Of a stretch of 64,000 nucleotides of DNA, positions 24,806 to 34,708 are shown piece after piece. Below the pieces are notes generated by a model that saw only the letters and a list, made by a program, of their open reading frames with translations, made no database searches and was not told the origin of the DNA. This DNA is from Clostridia bacterium (GTDB taxonomy: Bacteria; Bacillota; Clostridia; UMGS1883): contig JAZUCF010000024.1 of the NCBI GenBank assembly GCA_045638945.1, positions 93,275 to 157,274 of the forward strand. The letters are read 5' to 3'. The translations under genes and the position numbers were made by a program. Every line of letters begins with the position of its first letter. Within the stretch, counting starts at the first letter, position 1.

Positions 24806-25462
24806 ATGAGGAAAAAGCCTATATTGATAGGAATAGCATTTTTGGCTTTTGTTTTAATTGTATCCTTTATAAAAAACTCATATCCATTAGGAAGTGTTGT
24901 AAAAGATTACAGTAGAAAAATTAAAACATCATATGGGGATGTTTTTAATATAGAATATGAAGAATATAATTTTCCGGATAGTGCTTCACATACTGAACTT
25001 ATAAATGTGAAGACAAACCATAATGTATATTTTACTGATGATCCTGCAATAGAGTGGACATATCTTGAGGAATGTTATTCAACTGATAAATACAATGTGT
25101 ATTTCTTTCATGAATCATTTATTTTTGTTAATGATAATGAGATGATTAAGGTTCCTAAAAAAGATTTATACGAAAACTGTGATTTGAATTATACACAATA
25201 TCCTGAATTGATAAAAGCAATTATCTTGGATGGAGATCAAGGGATAACATGTTTATATGCCGAGTTTTACTTAAAAGAAAAAGATAAAGATATTGAAAAT
25301 CGAATTTGTAAAATTGCAGAAATTCCCGAAGATGAAGACCCTTCATATTACAATGGAATAAGCGATTTTAAGTTTAAGAGACATTGGTATTCCGAACATG
25401 GTTGCGAAGAAGTAATTGACTTTTCAAAACAAATGGCTGAAAAATATAATATTTCAAGATAA
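24806..25462 (+). CDS. Membrane-anchored hypothetical protein
   Basis: ATG at 24806 after AAAGGAAG. N-terminal TM/signal anchor PILIGIAFLAFVLIVSFI. No family recognised. Confidence 0.5.
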   Translation: MRKKPILIGIAFLAFVLIVSFIKNSYPLGSVVKDYSRKIKTSYGDVFNIEYEEYNFPDSASHTELINVKTNHNVYFTDDPAIEWTYLEECYSTDKYNVYFFHESFIFVNDNEMIKVPKKDLYENCDLNYTQYPELIKAIILDGDQGITCLYAEFYLKEKDKDIENRICKIAEIPEDEDPSYYNGISDFKFKRHWYSEHGCEEVIDFSKQMAEKYNISR

Positions 25463-25876
25463 TTTTTAGTCTTGATTCAAAAAATTATAAGATTAGGCGT
25501 GTTGCCGTTATGATTTTACTTGTGTCAAGTCCATACAATTTAAAAGAATAGTTTGCCGATTTATAATGTTTACATATACTATCGGATGTGAGAAAATCCA
25601 GTATTCTCGCGGGTTCTAAAGAATTTTGTTCAGAAGAAATCCAGTGAAAAATTAAAGGAAAAATAGTAGGTCCTATTATTCACTGTTCTCCTGACTTGAC
25701 AAAAGTCGAATTGTGCCGAATAATGCTCAATAAAACTTTCTTTGCAAAGTCCTCCTTTAGGCAAGCGGGGCTTATTTATATAAAATACAAGGAAAGTGCT
25801 TTTGCAAGCCTTTAAATTTAATGAAAATTTAAGCTTAGAAGGTTATTATAGAGCAAATTTTGCAAGGAGAATCTTT

Positions 25877-28216
25877 ATGAAGTTCAAAAGAATTATTTCG
25901 TTTTTGATTTCAATTTTAATACTCTTTTCCTCGTCTGTTTCCTTTGCACAGGGGGAATATGCTACTCGCGGTGAAGTAGCCGACATGCTTTTGGAAGCCG
26001 CTGATTTTTATAATGAGGGAGTTTTAAAAAGCGATATTATAAAAGGCTATGAGGACGGACTTTTGCACGAGGAACGCCCCGTTACCCGTGCAGAGGCGTT
26101 GGTAATGCTTAAAAGGGCATTTAAAACCGTTCCTGTGCCTGTTGGGCACAATGCCCGAACGGCACTTTCAGCCGAAGCCTTTGCGGATATTCCCACGTGG
26201 GCTGAAAATGAGCTTGGTGAAATTTTCTCCGCAGGTCTGGTTGCGGGAACTGCTCCGAAAACCTTTTCACCGCAATTAAATGTTACCAAAGAACAGATGA
26301 AGCTTTTTATAGAGCGTATGTATTCCTTGCAGGGTGCAAATATAAAGGATGATTTTTATGCATCGGTTAATAAGAATGCTCTTGAAAAAATGGATTTGCT
26401 TACGGGAAATCCTGTTAATGGGACAATAGAATCGCTTTCTTTTGAATCTAACGGAAATGTTGATAAAATCATCAAAGAAATAATTGCACAGAAACATCCT
26501 GATGGCAGTGTGAAACAGAAAATTGCAGATTTCTATAAGTGTGCTATTGACGTGAAAAATCGCAATAAAACGGGAATAAAGCCCATACAAAAATATCTCG
26601 CAAGGATAGATTCGGCAAAGAATATAGGGGAGCTGACAGTGCTTCATTCTCTTTTGGCTGATGAACTATGCCTCTTTCCGTTTTTGGAATTTCAATTAAC
26701 CTATGATTTGGAGGAAGGGAAGAATTATCTTTTATATCTTTCAGTTCCGACACCTTTAGCACCGAAAGAAACTTATACGGACGGCAAGCACAAGGACGAA
26801 TATCTTAAATATATAAGCACTTTGTTTTCACTTTTAGGTGATGATGAGAAGACATCACAGAAAAATGCACAAGCCTATTTTGAATTTGAAAAGGCACTTG
26901 CCCAAAACATGCTTGATACTCACCAAACCAATGATATTCAATCGGTTTACAATGTTTTATCCTACAATAAAATAAGCTCGCTTTTCCCTGATTTTAATAT
27001 GAAAAAGCTGATTAATTCCTGCGGTTTTGAAACAGAAGAAAAAATAGTCGTGTCTGATACAAGGCTTTTGGAAACGTTTTCCGATATGTATAGCCAGTCA
27101 AATCTTGATGCTTTGAAGCTTGCAATGAAAATAAGAATAGCAGTAGAAATCGGTGAAACGCTCAATGAAGATTTTCTCCGTGCATCGGTAGAGTTCGACA
27201 ATGCCATTACGGGAATTGACAGTGAGTATATTATTGAGGACTATATTCTGGGCGTGCTTGATACGGCTATGCCCGACTATATTTCGCAGGTTTATTCAGC
27301 AAAATATTTTGATGAAGAGTCCAAGCGTGATGTTGAGAGAATGACTCGTGAGATTACCCAGGTATTCAAAAAACGCATAGATGCACTGGAATTTTTGAAT
27401 GAAGAAACGAAAGATAAAGCAAAGAAAAAGCTTGATTCAATGAAAGTGAAAATAGGCTATCCCGACAGCTTTGATTCGTATATTGATGATGTTACAATTC
27501 TTTCACCAAAGCAGGGCGGAACATATTTTGATAATATGATAAAAATTAATAAGGCTCGCAGGGATTATTACGGAAAAATGCAAAAGATAGAGCCTGACCG
27601 CGGAATGTGGCTTCTCACACCGTATACTGTCAATGCGGTGTATAACTCGGCTATGAATGATATAACACTGCCTGCCGCAGTTCTGCAAAAACCTCTTTAT
27701 GATAAAAATGCTCCCTATGAGAAAAATCTTGGAGGTATAGGTTTTATCATTGCACACGAAATTACCCACGCATTTGACTCTAACGGAGCATTATTCGACG
27801 AAAACGGAAATATGCATGATTGGTGGAGCGAAGATGACCGTGCTGAGTTTTCCAAGCTCTGTGCAAATGTATCGACGCTTTATGACGGCTGTGAGGCAGT
27901 GCCCGGAATTCAGAATGACGGAATACTTACACTTAACGAAAACATTGCCGATTTGGGAGCAATGGCGTGTATTACACAGCTCGCAAATGAAAAAAATCTT
28001 GACCATAAAACTATGTACAAATCGTTTGCAGCGGTTTGGGCAGGAACGGCAACTCGTGAGTTTTATGAGTATTTATCCCGTAATGATGTTCACAGCAATG
28101 GTAAGCTGAGGGTGAACAGAACTCTTATGAATTTTCCCGAATTTTATGAAGCTTTTGAAATTGAAGCGGGCGACGGCATGTATCTTCCGCCTGAGGACAG
28201 AGTAATTATTTGGTAA
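25877..28216 (+). CDS. M13-family zinc metallopeptidase (PepO/neprilysin-like) with signal peptide and N-terminal SLH repeats
   Basis: ATG at 25877 after AAGGAGA. Signal peptide ending SFAQG. SLH-like FADIPTWAENELGEIFSAGLVAGTAPKTFSPQLNVTKEQM. HEITHAFD and NENIADLGA M13 motifs. Confidence 0.82.
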   Translation: MKFKRIISFLISILILFSSSVSFAQGEYATRGEVADMLLEAADFYNEGVLKSDIIKGYEDGLLHEERPVTRAEALVMLKRAFKTVPVPVGHNARTALSAEAFADIPTWAENELGEIFSAGLVAGTAPKTFSPQLNVTKEQMKLFIERMYSLQGANIKDDFYASVNKNALEKMDLLTGNPVNGTIESLSFESNGNVDKIIKEIIAQKHPDGSVKQKIADFYKCAIDVKNRNKTGIKPIQKYLARIDSAKNIGELTVLHSLLADELCLFPFLEFQLTYDLEEGKNYLLYLSVPTPLAPKETYTDGKHKDEYLKYISTLFSLLGDDEKTSQKNAQAYFEFEKALAQNMLDTHQTNDIQSVYNVLSYNKISSLFPDFNMKKLINSCGFETEEKIVVSDTRLLETFSDMYSQSNLDALKLAMKIRIAVEIGETLNEDFLRASVEFDNAITGIDSEYIIEDYILGVLDTAMPDYISQVYSAKYFDEESKRDVERMTREITQVFKKRIDALEFLNEETKDKAKKKLDSMKVKIGYPDSFDSYIDDVTILSPKQGGTYFDNMIKINKARRDYYGKMQKIEPDRGMWLLTPYTVNAVYNSAMNDITLPAAVLQKPLYDKNAPYEKNLGGIGFIIAHEITHAFDSNGALFDENGNMHDWWSEDDRAEFSKLCANVSTLYDGCEAVPGIQNDGILTLNENIADLGAMACITQLANEKNLDHKTMYKSFAAVWAGTATREFYEYLSRNDVHSNGKLRVNRTLMNFPEFYEAFEIEAGDGMYLPPEDRVIIW

Positions 28217-28217
28217 C

Positions 28218-28251
28218 AAAAAAAGTCGGTTTATTCTAAACCGACTTTTTT
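28218..28251. terminator. Bidirectional terminator between convergent genes
   Basis: aaaaaaagtcggttt / aaaccgacttttttt stem with A/T runs on both sides. Confidence 0.75.
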
Positions 28252-28252
28252 G

Positions 28253-29983
28253 TTATGATTTACTGGTGTAGAGAGAATATAGCTTTGCATATGTGCCGTT
28301 TTTTGCAATTAATTCTTCGTGTGTTCCTTCTTCTGCAATTCCGTCCTGTGTCAGCACAAGAATACGTCCTGCATTTTTAATGGTTGTAAGACGGTGTGCA
28401 ATTGTAAAGGTAGTTCTGTTTTCTGAAAGCTTTTCGAGGGACTTTTGAACTACATACTCGCTTTCATTATCCAGAGCAGAGGTAGCTTCGTCAAGAATCA
28501 ATATGGGGGGATTCTTCAAAAACACCCTTGCAATAGAAATTCTCTGCTTTTGTCCTCCCGAAAGCTTCACGCCACGTTCACCCACATAGGTGTCATATCC
28601 GTCGGGAAGCCTCATTATAAATTCATGTGCGCCTGCCGCTTTAGCCGCTTCCTCAACCTCTGTGCGACTTGCTCCCGGCTTTCCGTACACTATGTTGTCG
28701 TACACACTGCCGCTGAAAAGGTAGACATCCTGCTGTACAGTGCCGATATTGCTCCGAAGTGATTTTAGTGTTATATCGTGAATATCAATTCCGTCAATAT
28801 AAATGTTTCCGTCTGCAATATCATAAAATCTCGGAATCAGATTGCAAAGAGTGCTTTTACCGCCGCCCGACGGACCTACAATAGCAATGTTTTCACCCGG
28901 TTTTATATGAAGATTGATGTGATTTAATACATCTGTTCCGTTTTCATTATATCTGAAACGGACGTCACGAAGCTCGATTTCACCTTTAAGGCTTCCTGCA
29001 TCATAGGAACTTTCACTATCTTCAATTAGTACAGGCTCATCCATTATTTCGTAGAATCTTTCAATACCCGTGATACCTTTCTGGAACTGCTCGGTAAATT
29101 CCACAACACGCCTGATTGAAGTGATAAGTGTCTGAATATAGAGTAGATAAGCAATCAAATCGGCACTGTTAATATATCCGTTTGCCATAAATATTGAGCC
29201 GATTACTATTACCCCGATATACATAACTCCGTCAAAGAATCTTGTTCCTGCCTGAAAGAGAGCCATGTATCTGTAGGCGTGCTTTTTTGTATCAAGAAAT
29301 TTGCGGTTGCCTTTTTCAAACTTTTCACGTTCAATATCTTCGTTTGCAAAGCTCTTAACCACGCGGATGCCCAGAAGGCTGTCCTCAAGATCTGCATTAA
29401 GCTCGCCTATTTGTTCACGCTGCTTTTTGAAAGCGTTTTTCATTTTCTTTCTGAAAACCACCGCTGAAATCAGCATAAGGGGGAGAAGCAGAAAAATTAA
29501 AAGCGTAAGGTAGAAGTTAATTCCCGAAAGAATAATAAACGAGCCTATAATTTTTATTCCGCCTATAAAAAATTCCTCGGGACAGTGGTGGGAAAACTCG
29601 GTAACGTCAAATAAGTCGCTTGTTACCCTGGACATTATCTGTCCCACCTTTGCATTATCGTAGTAGCTGAAAGGAAGCTTCTGCAAATGGTTAAAAAGGT
29701 CACGGCGCATATCGGTTTCAAGCTTAGCCCCCGTTATATGCCCGATGCTTGCCATGAAATATTGTGCGGCAGTGTCGCATAACCTCAGAAATAAATAAAT
29801 CGAGCTGAGCCGGATAACCGTAGACATAAGCACCTCGGAAGCACCGCTTAGTGCAGTGTTGGTTATTTCACGGACAATCATGGGAAATACAAGCTCACAT
29901 ACAGTTGAAGCGGCGGCACAAAGTAAATCCAGTATTATTATACCGATGTAGGGCTTGTAGTAAGATGCAAAACGTCTGAACAT
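28253..29983 (-). CDS. ABC transporter, fused permease/ATP-binding protein (MsbA-type exporter)
   Basis: Six-TM N-domain. Walker A GPSGGGKST, signature LSGGQKQR, Walker B ILILDEATSALD. The track start at 29995 is also possible. Confidence 0.88.
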   Translation of the reverse strand: MFRRFASYYKPYIGIIILDLLCAAASTVCELVFPMIVREITNTALSGASEVLMSTVIRLSSIYLFLRLCDTAAQYFMASIGHITGAKLETDMRRDLFNHLQKLPFSYYDNAKVGQIMSRVTSDLFDVTEFSHHCPEEFFIGGIKIIGSFIILSGINFYLTLLIFLLLPLMLISAVVFRKKMKNAFKKQREQIGELNADLEDSLLGIRVVKSFANEDIEREKFEKGNRKFLDTKKHAYRYMALFQAGTRFFDGVMYIGVIVIGSIFMANGYINSADLIAYLLYIQTLITSIRRVVEFTEQFQKGITGIERFYEIMDEPVLIEDSESSYDAGSLKGEIELRDVRFRYNENGTDVLNHINLHIKPGENIAIVGPSGGGKSTLCNLIPRFYDIADGNIYIDGIDIHDITLKSLRSNIGTVQQDVYLFSGSVYDNIVYGKPGASRTEVEEAAKAAGAHEFIMRLPDGYDTYVGERGVKLSGGQKQRISIARVFLKNPPILILDEATSALDNESEYVVQKSLEKLSENRTTFTIAHRLTTIKNAGRILVLTQDGIAEEGTHEELIAKNGTYAKLYSLYTSKS

Positions 29984-30123
29984 AATAATCTCCAATCAAA
30001 CTTATAAAAATATCCTAATCAAGTCATAATTGTATAATATTCATACTTATATGTCAATGAAATTTTAGATTGACGGGGTAATTAGCAGATGATATAATCT
30101 TTAAAGTAATCAGGGGAGGGAAA

Positions 30124-31506
30124 ATGATGACAAGATTCGAAATTTCACAAATAGTATCTAAACAAAGAAAATTCTTTTCCACAGGCAAAACCTTAGATGT
30201 TACATTCAGAATAGGCGCTTTAAAAAAACTTAGAGAACATATTAAAGAAAACGAAAATAAAATCTCAGAGGCAGTAAAAAAGGATTTGGGTAAGTCTTAC
30301 TTTGAGAGCTATATGTGCGAAACAGGGTTGGTACTCAGTGAAATAACATATATGCTGAGGCACATAAGAAGATATGCAAAGGATAAAACAGTAGCCACAC
30401 CCTTGCCGCAGTTTCCTTCACATAGCTTTGTTAAACCTATGCCCTATGGTGTTACGCTGATTATGAGTCCGTGGAATTATCCCTTGCTTTTGACCCTTTC
30501 TCCTCTTGTAAATGCCATTGCCGCAGGTAATACTGCGGTAGTGAAGCCAAGTGCCTATTCGCCCGAAGTAAGCAGTGTCATAACGGAAATTATAGAAAAG
30601 GTGTTTCCTCCCGAATACGTTTCATGCATAAGCGGAGGCAGGGAAGAAAACGGATATCTTCTTGATGAAAAATTTGATTATATTTTCTTTACGGGTAGTA
30701 AAAATGTAGGCAAGCTTGTGCTTGAAAAGGCAGCTCCAAATCTCACCCCCGTAACGCTTGAACTGGGAGGAAAAAGCCCGTGTATCGTGGATAAAAGTGC
30801 AAATCTTAAGCTTGCCGCAAAACGTATTGTGTTCGGGAAATATCTCAACTGCGGACAGACCTGTGTCGCACCCGATTATATTATGTGTGAACAGAGTGTA
30901 AAAGATAAATTTATAAAATTTGTGCTTGAGGAAATAAAAAAGCAATATTCCGAGAACGCCCTTGAAAATGAGAATTACGGAAAGATTGTTAATAAAAAGC
31001 ACTTTGAAAGGCTTTTGGGCTTGATTGATTCAAAAAAGGTTGTATTCGGCGGTAACAGTAACAGTGAAACACTGCAAATACAGCCCACGGTTATGGATAA
31101 TGTAACAAATGAAGATGCTGTTATGCAGGAGGAAATTTTCGGTCCAATAATGCCGATTCTTACCTTTGAATGTCTTGATGATGTTATTGAAATCATAAAC
31201 AGGGGAGAGAAACCACTTGCCCTTTATATATTCTCCTCCGATAAAAAGAATATTAAAAAGGTGACAACACTTTGTACTTTCGGCGGAGGCTGTGTAAACG
31301 ATACAATCATACACCTTGCTACCAGTAATATGGGCTTCGGAGGTGTGGGTGAAAGCGGAATGGGTGCATATCACGGAAAAGTCGGGTTTGATACTTTCTC
31401 GCATCACAAGAGCATCGTCGATAAAAAGACGTGGCTCGACCTTCCCATGCGTTATCAGCCATATGACAAATTCAAAGAAAAATTAATAAGAATGTTTTTG
31501 AAATAG
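30124..31506 (+). CDS. Aldehyde dehydrogenase family protein (ALDH3-like)
   Basis: 460 aa. FTGS, ELGGKSP, catalytic-Cys context NCGQTCVAPDY, EEIFGP. Confidence 0.88.
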   Translation: MMTRFEISQIVSKQRKFFSTGKTLDVTFRIGALKKLREHIKENENKISEAVKKDLGKSYFESYMCETGLVLSEITYMLRHIRRYAKDKTVATPLPQFPSHSFVKPMPYGVTLIMSPWNYPLLLTLSPLVNAIAAGNTAVVKPSAYSPEVSSVITEIIEKVFPPEYVSCISGGREENGYLLDEKFDYIFFTGSKNVGKLVLEKAAPNLTPVTLELGGKSPCIVDKSANLKLAAKRIVFGKYLNCGQTCVAPDYIMCEQSVKDKFIKFVLEEIKKQYSENALENENYGKIVNKKHFERLLGLIDSKKVVFGGNSNSETLQIQPTVMDNVTNEDAVMQEEIFGPIMPILTFECLDDVIEIINRGEKPLALYIFSSDKKNIKKVTTLCTFGGGCVNDTIIHLATSNMGFGGVGESGMGAYHGKVGFDTFSHHKSIVDKKTWLDLPMRYQPYDKFKEKLIRMFLK

Positions 31507-31541
31507 GAATGAAGGCTTGACATATGTCAAGCCTTCATTCC
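31506..31541. terminator. Perfect 36-bp palindrome between convergent aldehyde dehydrogenase and psd genes
   Basis: ggaatgaaggcttgacat|atgtcaagccttcattcc. It overlaps the last codons of psd. Confidence 0.65.
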
Positions 31542-32393
31542 TATCTTTTCGCCGAATTTTACCACTGTTTCATAATCTTCTTCGGAATTTTTTAATATAT
31601 CTTCGTCGATAATCGCGGTGTTTTCTTTCAGCAGAACTACCACCGTAGAGCCGCCAAATTCAAAATAACCTTTTTCCTGTCCTCTTTGTACGGATATGAT
31701 GTCATTATGATGATTTACGATTTTTCCCACTAAAAGCGCACCAACCTCCATCATAACTATGTCATCAAAATTTTTGCTGTGGAGAACACTGTAGGTGCGT
31801 GTGTTTTCTTTATAAATGGGGAAGTAATCATTTGCTATAGGATTTACAGTGTGCAATTTGCCGTGGATGGTTACGGTTTTTTCTTTTTCTGCATCGTCTA
31901 TATAGCAATACCTGTGATAGTCATCAACAGAAAGCCTGAAAATAAGCACATAACCGTTTTTATACTCCTGTGCTAAAGCTTCGTTTTGCAAAAGTGAGGC
32001 GACCGAGTATTGTGTTTGCTTTATAACAAACCTTGTACCGTCGGTGATTTTTAAAACCGTCAGCTTACTGTCACACGGGCTGATTAAGCTCTTGGGCGTA
32101 AAATCAACGGGTCTGACCTCCGTTTTGATTTTTCGGCAGAAAAAGTCGTTATAGCTTTTGTAATCGGCTTCTTCATAAAGACTCATATCAATATTATTTT
32201 TTTCAATAAAGGATTTAATAAGCCTACATGAGAACTTGGAGGACAGAAATACCCCTGCCGCCTTGGAGATAAACGGCTTTGTTAATGGCTTTAGTAAAAG
32301 CCTTCCAAAGACGTTGCCGTACAGCTTTTTTAGCATACGGTCCTGCTTGCCTTCAAATTCAATTGTGGCACCGTCACGCAATCTTTGTTTCAT
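31527..32393 (-). CDS. psd: Phosphatidylserine decarboxylase proenzyme
   Basis: 288 aa. Self-cleavage site context GYFEFGGSTVVVL. Directly downstream of pssA. Confidence 0.85.
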   Translation of the reverse strand: MKQRLRDGATIEFEGKQDRMLKKLYGNVFGRLLLKPLTKPFISKAAGVFLSSKFSCRLIKSFIEKNNIDMSLYEEADYKSYNDFFCRKIKTEVRPVDFTPKSLISPCDSKLTVLKITDGTRFVIKQTQYSVASLLQNEALAQEYKNGYVLIFRLSVDDYHRYCYIDDAEKEKTVTIHGKLHTVNPIANDYFPIYKENTRTYSVLHSKNFDDIVMMEVGALLVGKIVNHHNDIISVQRGQEKGYFEFGGSTVVVLLKENTAIIDEDILKNSEEDYETVVKFGEKIGMKA

Positions 32394-32417
32394 AAAATTC
32401 CTCTGTCAAATTTGTTT

Positions 32418-33062
32418 TTACGGTTTTAAGCCTGTAATTTTGGTATATGCAAATATTACGCCGATTATAACAGCCGTAATTCCCATAAGGGTTAATATGG
32501 TTTTAAGACCGGGCTTACGAAGTTTAAAATCAAGTATGAATAAAAATCCCGTTATAAGAAGAACAAAGTGAAGCAGAACAGGGAATACAGAGGCGGGAAT
32601 TAAAAACTGCATCCAGAAAGAAAGGGGGAGAATGATTGATATTGATGTTACGGGAAGTCCGTGGTATATCTTTGCACAGCCATCCTCTGTTTTCTGACGG
32701 TTTAGTTCCATTACATTGAAGAATGCAAGCCGTATTACTGCACACAGGCAGTAAAAAGAGATTATAATACCCCCTATAATTCCATTAAGTCCCAAAAGAT
32801 AACAAATCATGGCAGGGAAGAGTCCAAAGCAAATCACATCGCACAATGAGTCAAGTTGTATGCCGAAATTTTTCTCATCCTCGGTGCGATTCTTTTTTGT
32901 GCGTGCCACTCTGCCGTCAAAAGCATCGCACACCCCCGAAAACGCCAGAGCGAAAATTGCGGTTGTAAAATTTCCGTTAAGTGCTTGTATCATTCCGAAA
33001 ACGGAGGAAATCAAGCTTAGATATGTAAGTAGTACAGTATAGTCGTAGACGCCTATAAACAT
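32418..33062 (-). CDS. pssA: CDP-diacylglycerol--serine O-phosphatidyltransferase
   Basis: CDP-alcohol phosphatidyltransferase motif DAFDGRVAR...G.QLDSLCD. Polytopic. Confidence 0.85.
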   Translation of the reverse strand: MFIGVYDYTVLLTYLSLISSVFGMIQALNGNFTTAIFALAFSGVCDAFDGRVARTKKNRTEDEKNFGIQLDSLCDVICFGLFPAMICYLLGLNGIIGGIIISFYCLCAVIRLAFFNVMELNRQKTEDGCAKIYHGLPVTSISIILPLSFWMQFLIPASVFPVLLHFVLLITGFLFILDFKLRKPGLKTILTLMGITAVIIGVIFAYTKITGLKP

Positions 33063-33092
33063 AATTTATCGTTACCTTTCAATTAGATATTA

Positions 33093-33488
33093 TCAGCCTT
33101 TTCGGCGGATTCTTGCAGTAAGCTTCTTTCTTCTGCGTCTTTTTACAACAGAATATGATGCCTTAAGCGAACGCATAACAGAATCCTTGTCATCATCACT
33201 GATTTCATTATCCGCAAAGAATGAGGATATTTCATTAATCAGACTTTCCGTTCTGCCCACGGAAGACAAGTCCGTTTTATCGCTGTCCTCGTTTTCTGTA
33301 AGTAAATAATTGATACTGCAACCTAAGGCAAAAGCAAGCTTTGAATAAACCTCGCGTTTTTTTGGATATCTGCCTGCAACCTCATAATTTCTTATTGTAC
33401 GCAGAGAGAGACCACAAAGCTTTCCCAGTTCAGTTTGGGAAAGTTTCTTTTCAGTTCGGAGTTGACGCACTTTTTCTCCAAATCTCAT
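33093..33488 (-). CDS. XRE-family transcriptional regulator
   Basis: FGEKVRQLRTEKKLSQTELGKLCGLSLRTIRNYE HTH_3 pattern, with a basic tail. Confidence 0.78.
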   Translation of the reverse strand: MRFGEKVRQLRTEKKLSQTELGKLCGLSLRTIRNYEVAGRYPKKREVYSKLAFALGCSINYLLTENEDSDKTDLSSVGRTESLINEISSFFADNEISDDDKDSVMRSLKASYSVVKRRRRKKLTARIRRKG

Positions 33489-33727
33489 TATATGTGCCTC
33501 CTTGGGAAAAATAGTTACCTTTCAAACATGATGTTGCCGCATAAATGGGCAACAATCTTACCTATATTGTATGTCAAAATGCAGAATTTGTCAATGCTTT
33601 TAGGAAAATTTGTCGAATCAAATGGGAAACTTTATTTCCTTATTGAGCTATGCTATATAAAGAAATTTTTGGTTGAATTAATGAAATATATATGATACAA
33701 TATATACGTTTTGAAAGGAGTAATATA

Positions 33728-34657
33728 ATGGAACAAAAAAATAAACTTATGACAACCCCTGTTTTTGTAGCATTAGCGGCTATGTTTTGCTGTGCATTGT
33801 GGGGAAGTGCAACCCCCTTTATAAAAACAGGATACAAACTGATGCTTCCTGAAAATGATGTAGCATCAACGATACTTTTTGCAGGAATCAGGTTTTTCTC
33901 AGCAGGAATTATTACAGTTTTGATATACAGCATAGCAAGGAAAAAGCTTCTTGTGCCCAAGCGTGAAAACTTGGGAGCTGTTGCAACTGTAGCGAGCTTT
34001 CAGACCATAATCCAATACTTGTTCTTTTACATAGGTCTTGCCAACACCACGGGGGTTAAGGGAACTGTTATAAGCGGTTCAAATTCCTTCTTTTCTATAT
34101 TGTTTGCAACACTTATTTTCAGACAGGAAAAGCTTACCGCAAAAAAGCTTTTTGCATGTGTTTTAGGTTTTATGGGAATAATCCTTATTAATCTCAATGG
34201 ACTAAGCCTCAATTTTAACTTTATGGGTGACGGCTTTGTACTTTTCTCCAATATGGCATATGGCATATCAGGGGTTTTAATGAAAAAGTTTTCACATCGT
34301 GAAGACCCTGTGGTAATCAGCGGATATCAGTTTATCATGGGCGGATTTGTAATGATTCTGGTAGGACTTCTCATGGGAGGAGTTATTGTCGTTACAAGCA
34401 TCAAGGCAGGGCTTGTTCTTTTATATCTTGCCCTCCTTTCAGCGGTTGCCTATGCTCTATGGGGTATGCTTCTTAAATACAACCCTGTATCCAGGGTAGC
34501 AATATACAGTTTTATGACACCCGTTTTCGGCGTTATACTCTCAACGCTGATGCTCCCCGAAAGCAGCAGTGTTTCGCTCCTTAATCTTATTATGGCTCTT
34601 GTGCTGATTTGCAGCGGAATTGCTATAGCAAACTACAGTAAAACCACAAATAAATAA
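33728..34657 (+). CDS. DMT superfamily (EamA-like) transporter
   Basis: Ten hydrophobic segments in two EamA-like halves. ATG at 33728 after AAAGGAG; the track start at 33692 is less likely. Confidence 0.8.
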   Translation: MEQKNKLMTTPVFVALAAMFCCALWGSATPFIKTGYKLMLPENDVASTILFAGIRFFSAGIITVLIYSIARKKLLVPKRENLGAVATVASFQTIIQYLFFYIGLANTTGVKGTVISGSNSFFSILFATLIFRQEKLTAKKLFACVLGFMGIILINLNGLSLNFNFMGDGFVLFSNMAYGISGVLMKKFSHREDPVVISGYQFIMGGFVMILVGLLMGGVIVVTSIKAGLVLLYLALLSAVAYALWGMLLKYNPVSRVAIYSFMTPVFGVILSTLMLPESSSVSLLNLIMALVLICSGIAIANYSKTTNK

Positions 34658-34665
34658 TAGTTTTT

Positions 34666-34708
34666 AACGAAAAAGAAACGCATCTCCCGGATGCGTTTCT
34701 TTTTCGTT
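34666..34708. terminator. Bidirectional terminator
   Basis: aacgaaaaagaaacgcatc / gatgcgtttctttttcgtt 19-bp perfect stem. Confidence 0.75.
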
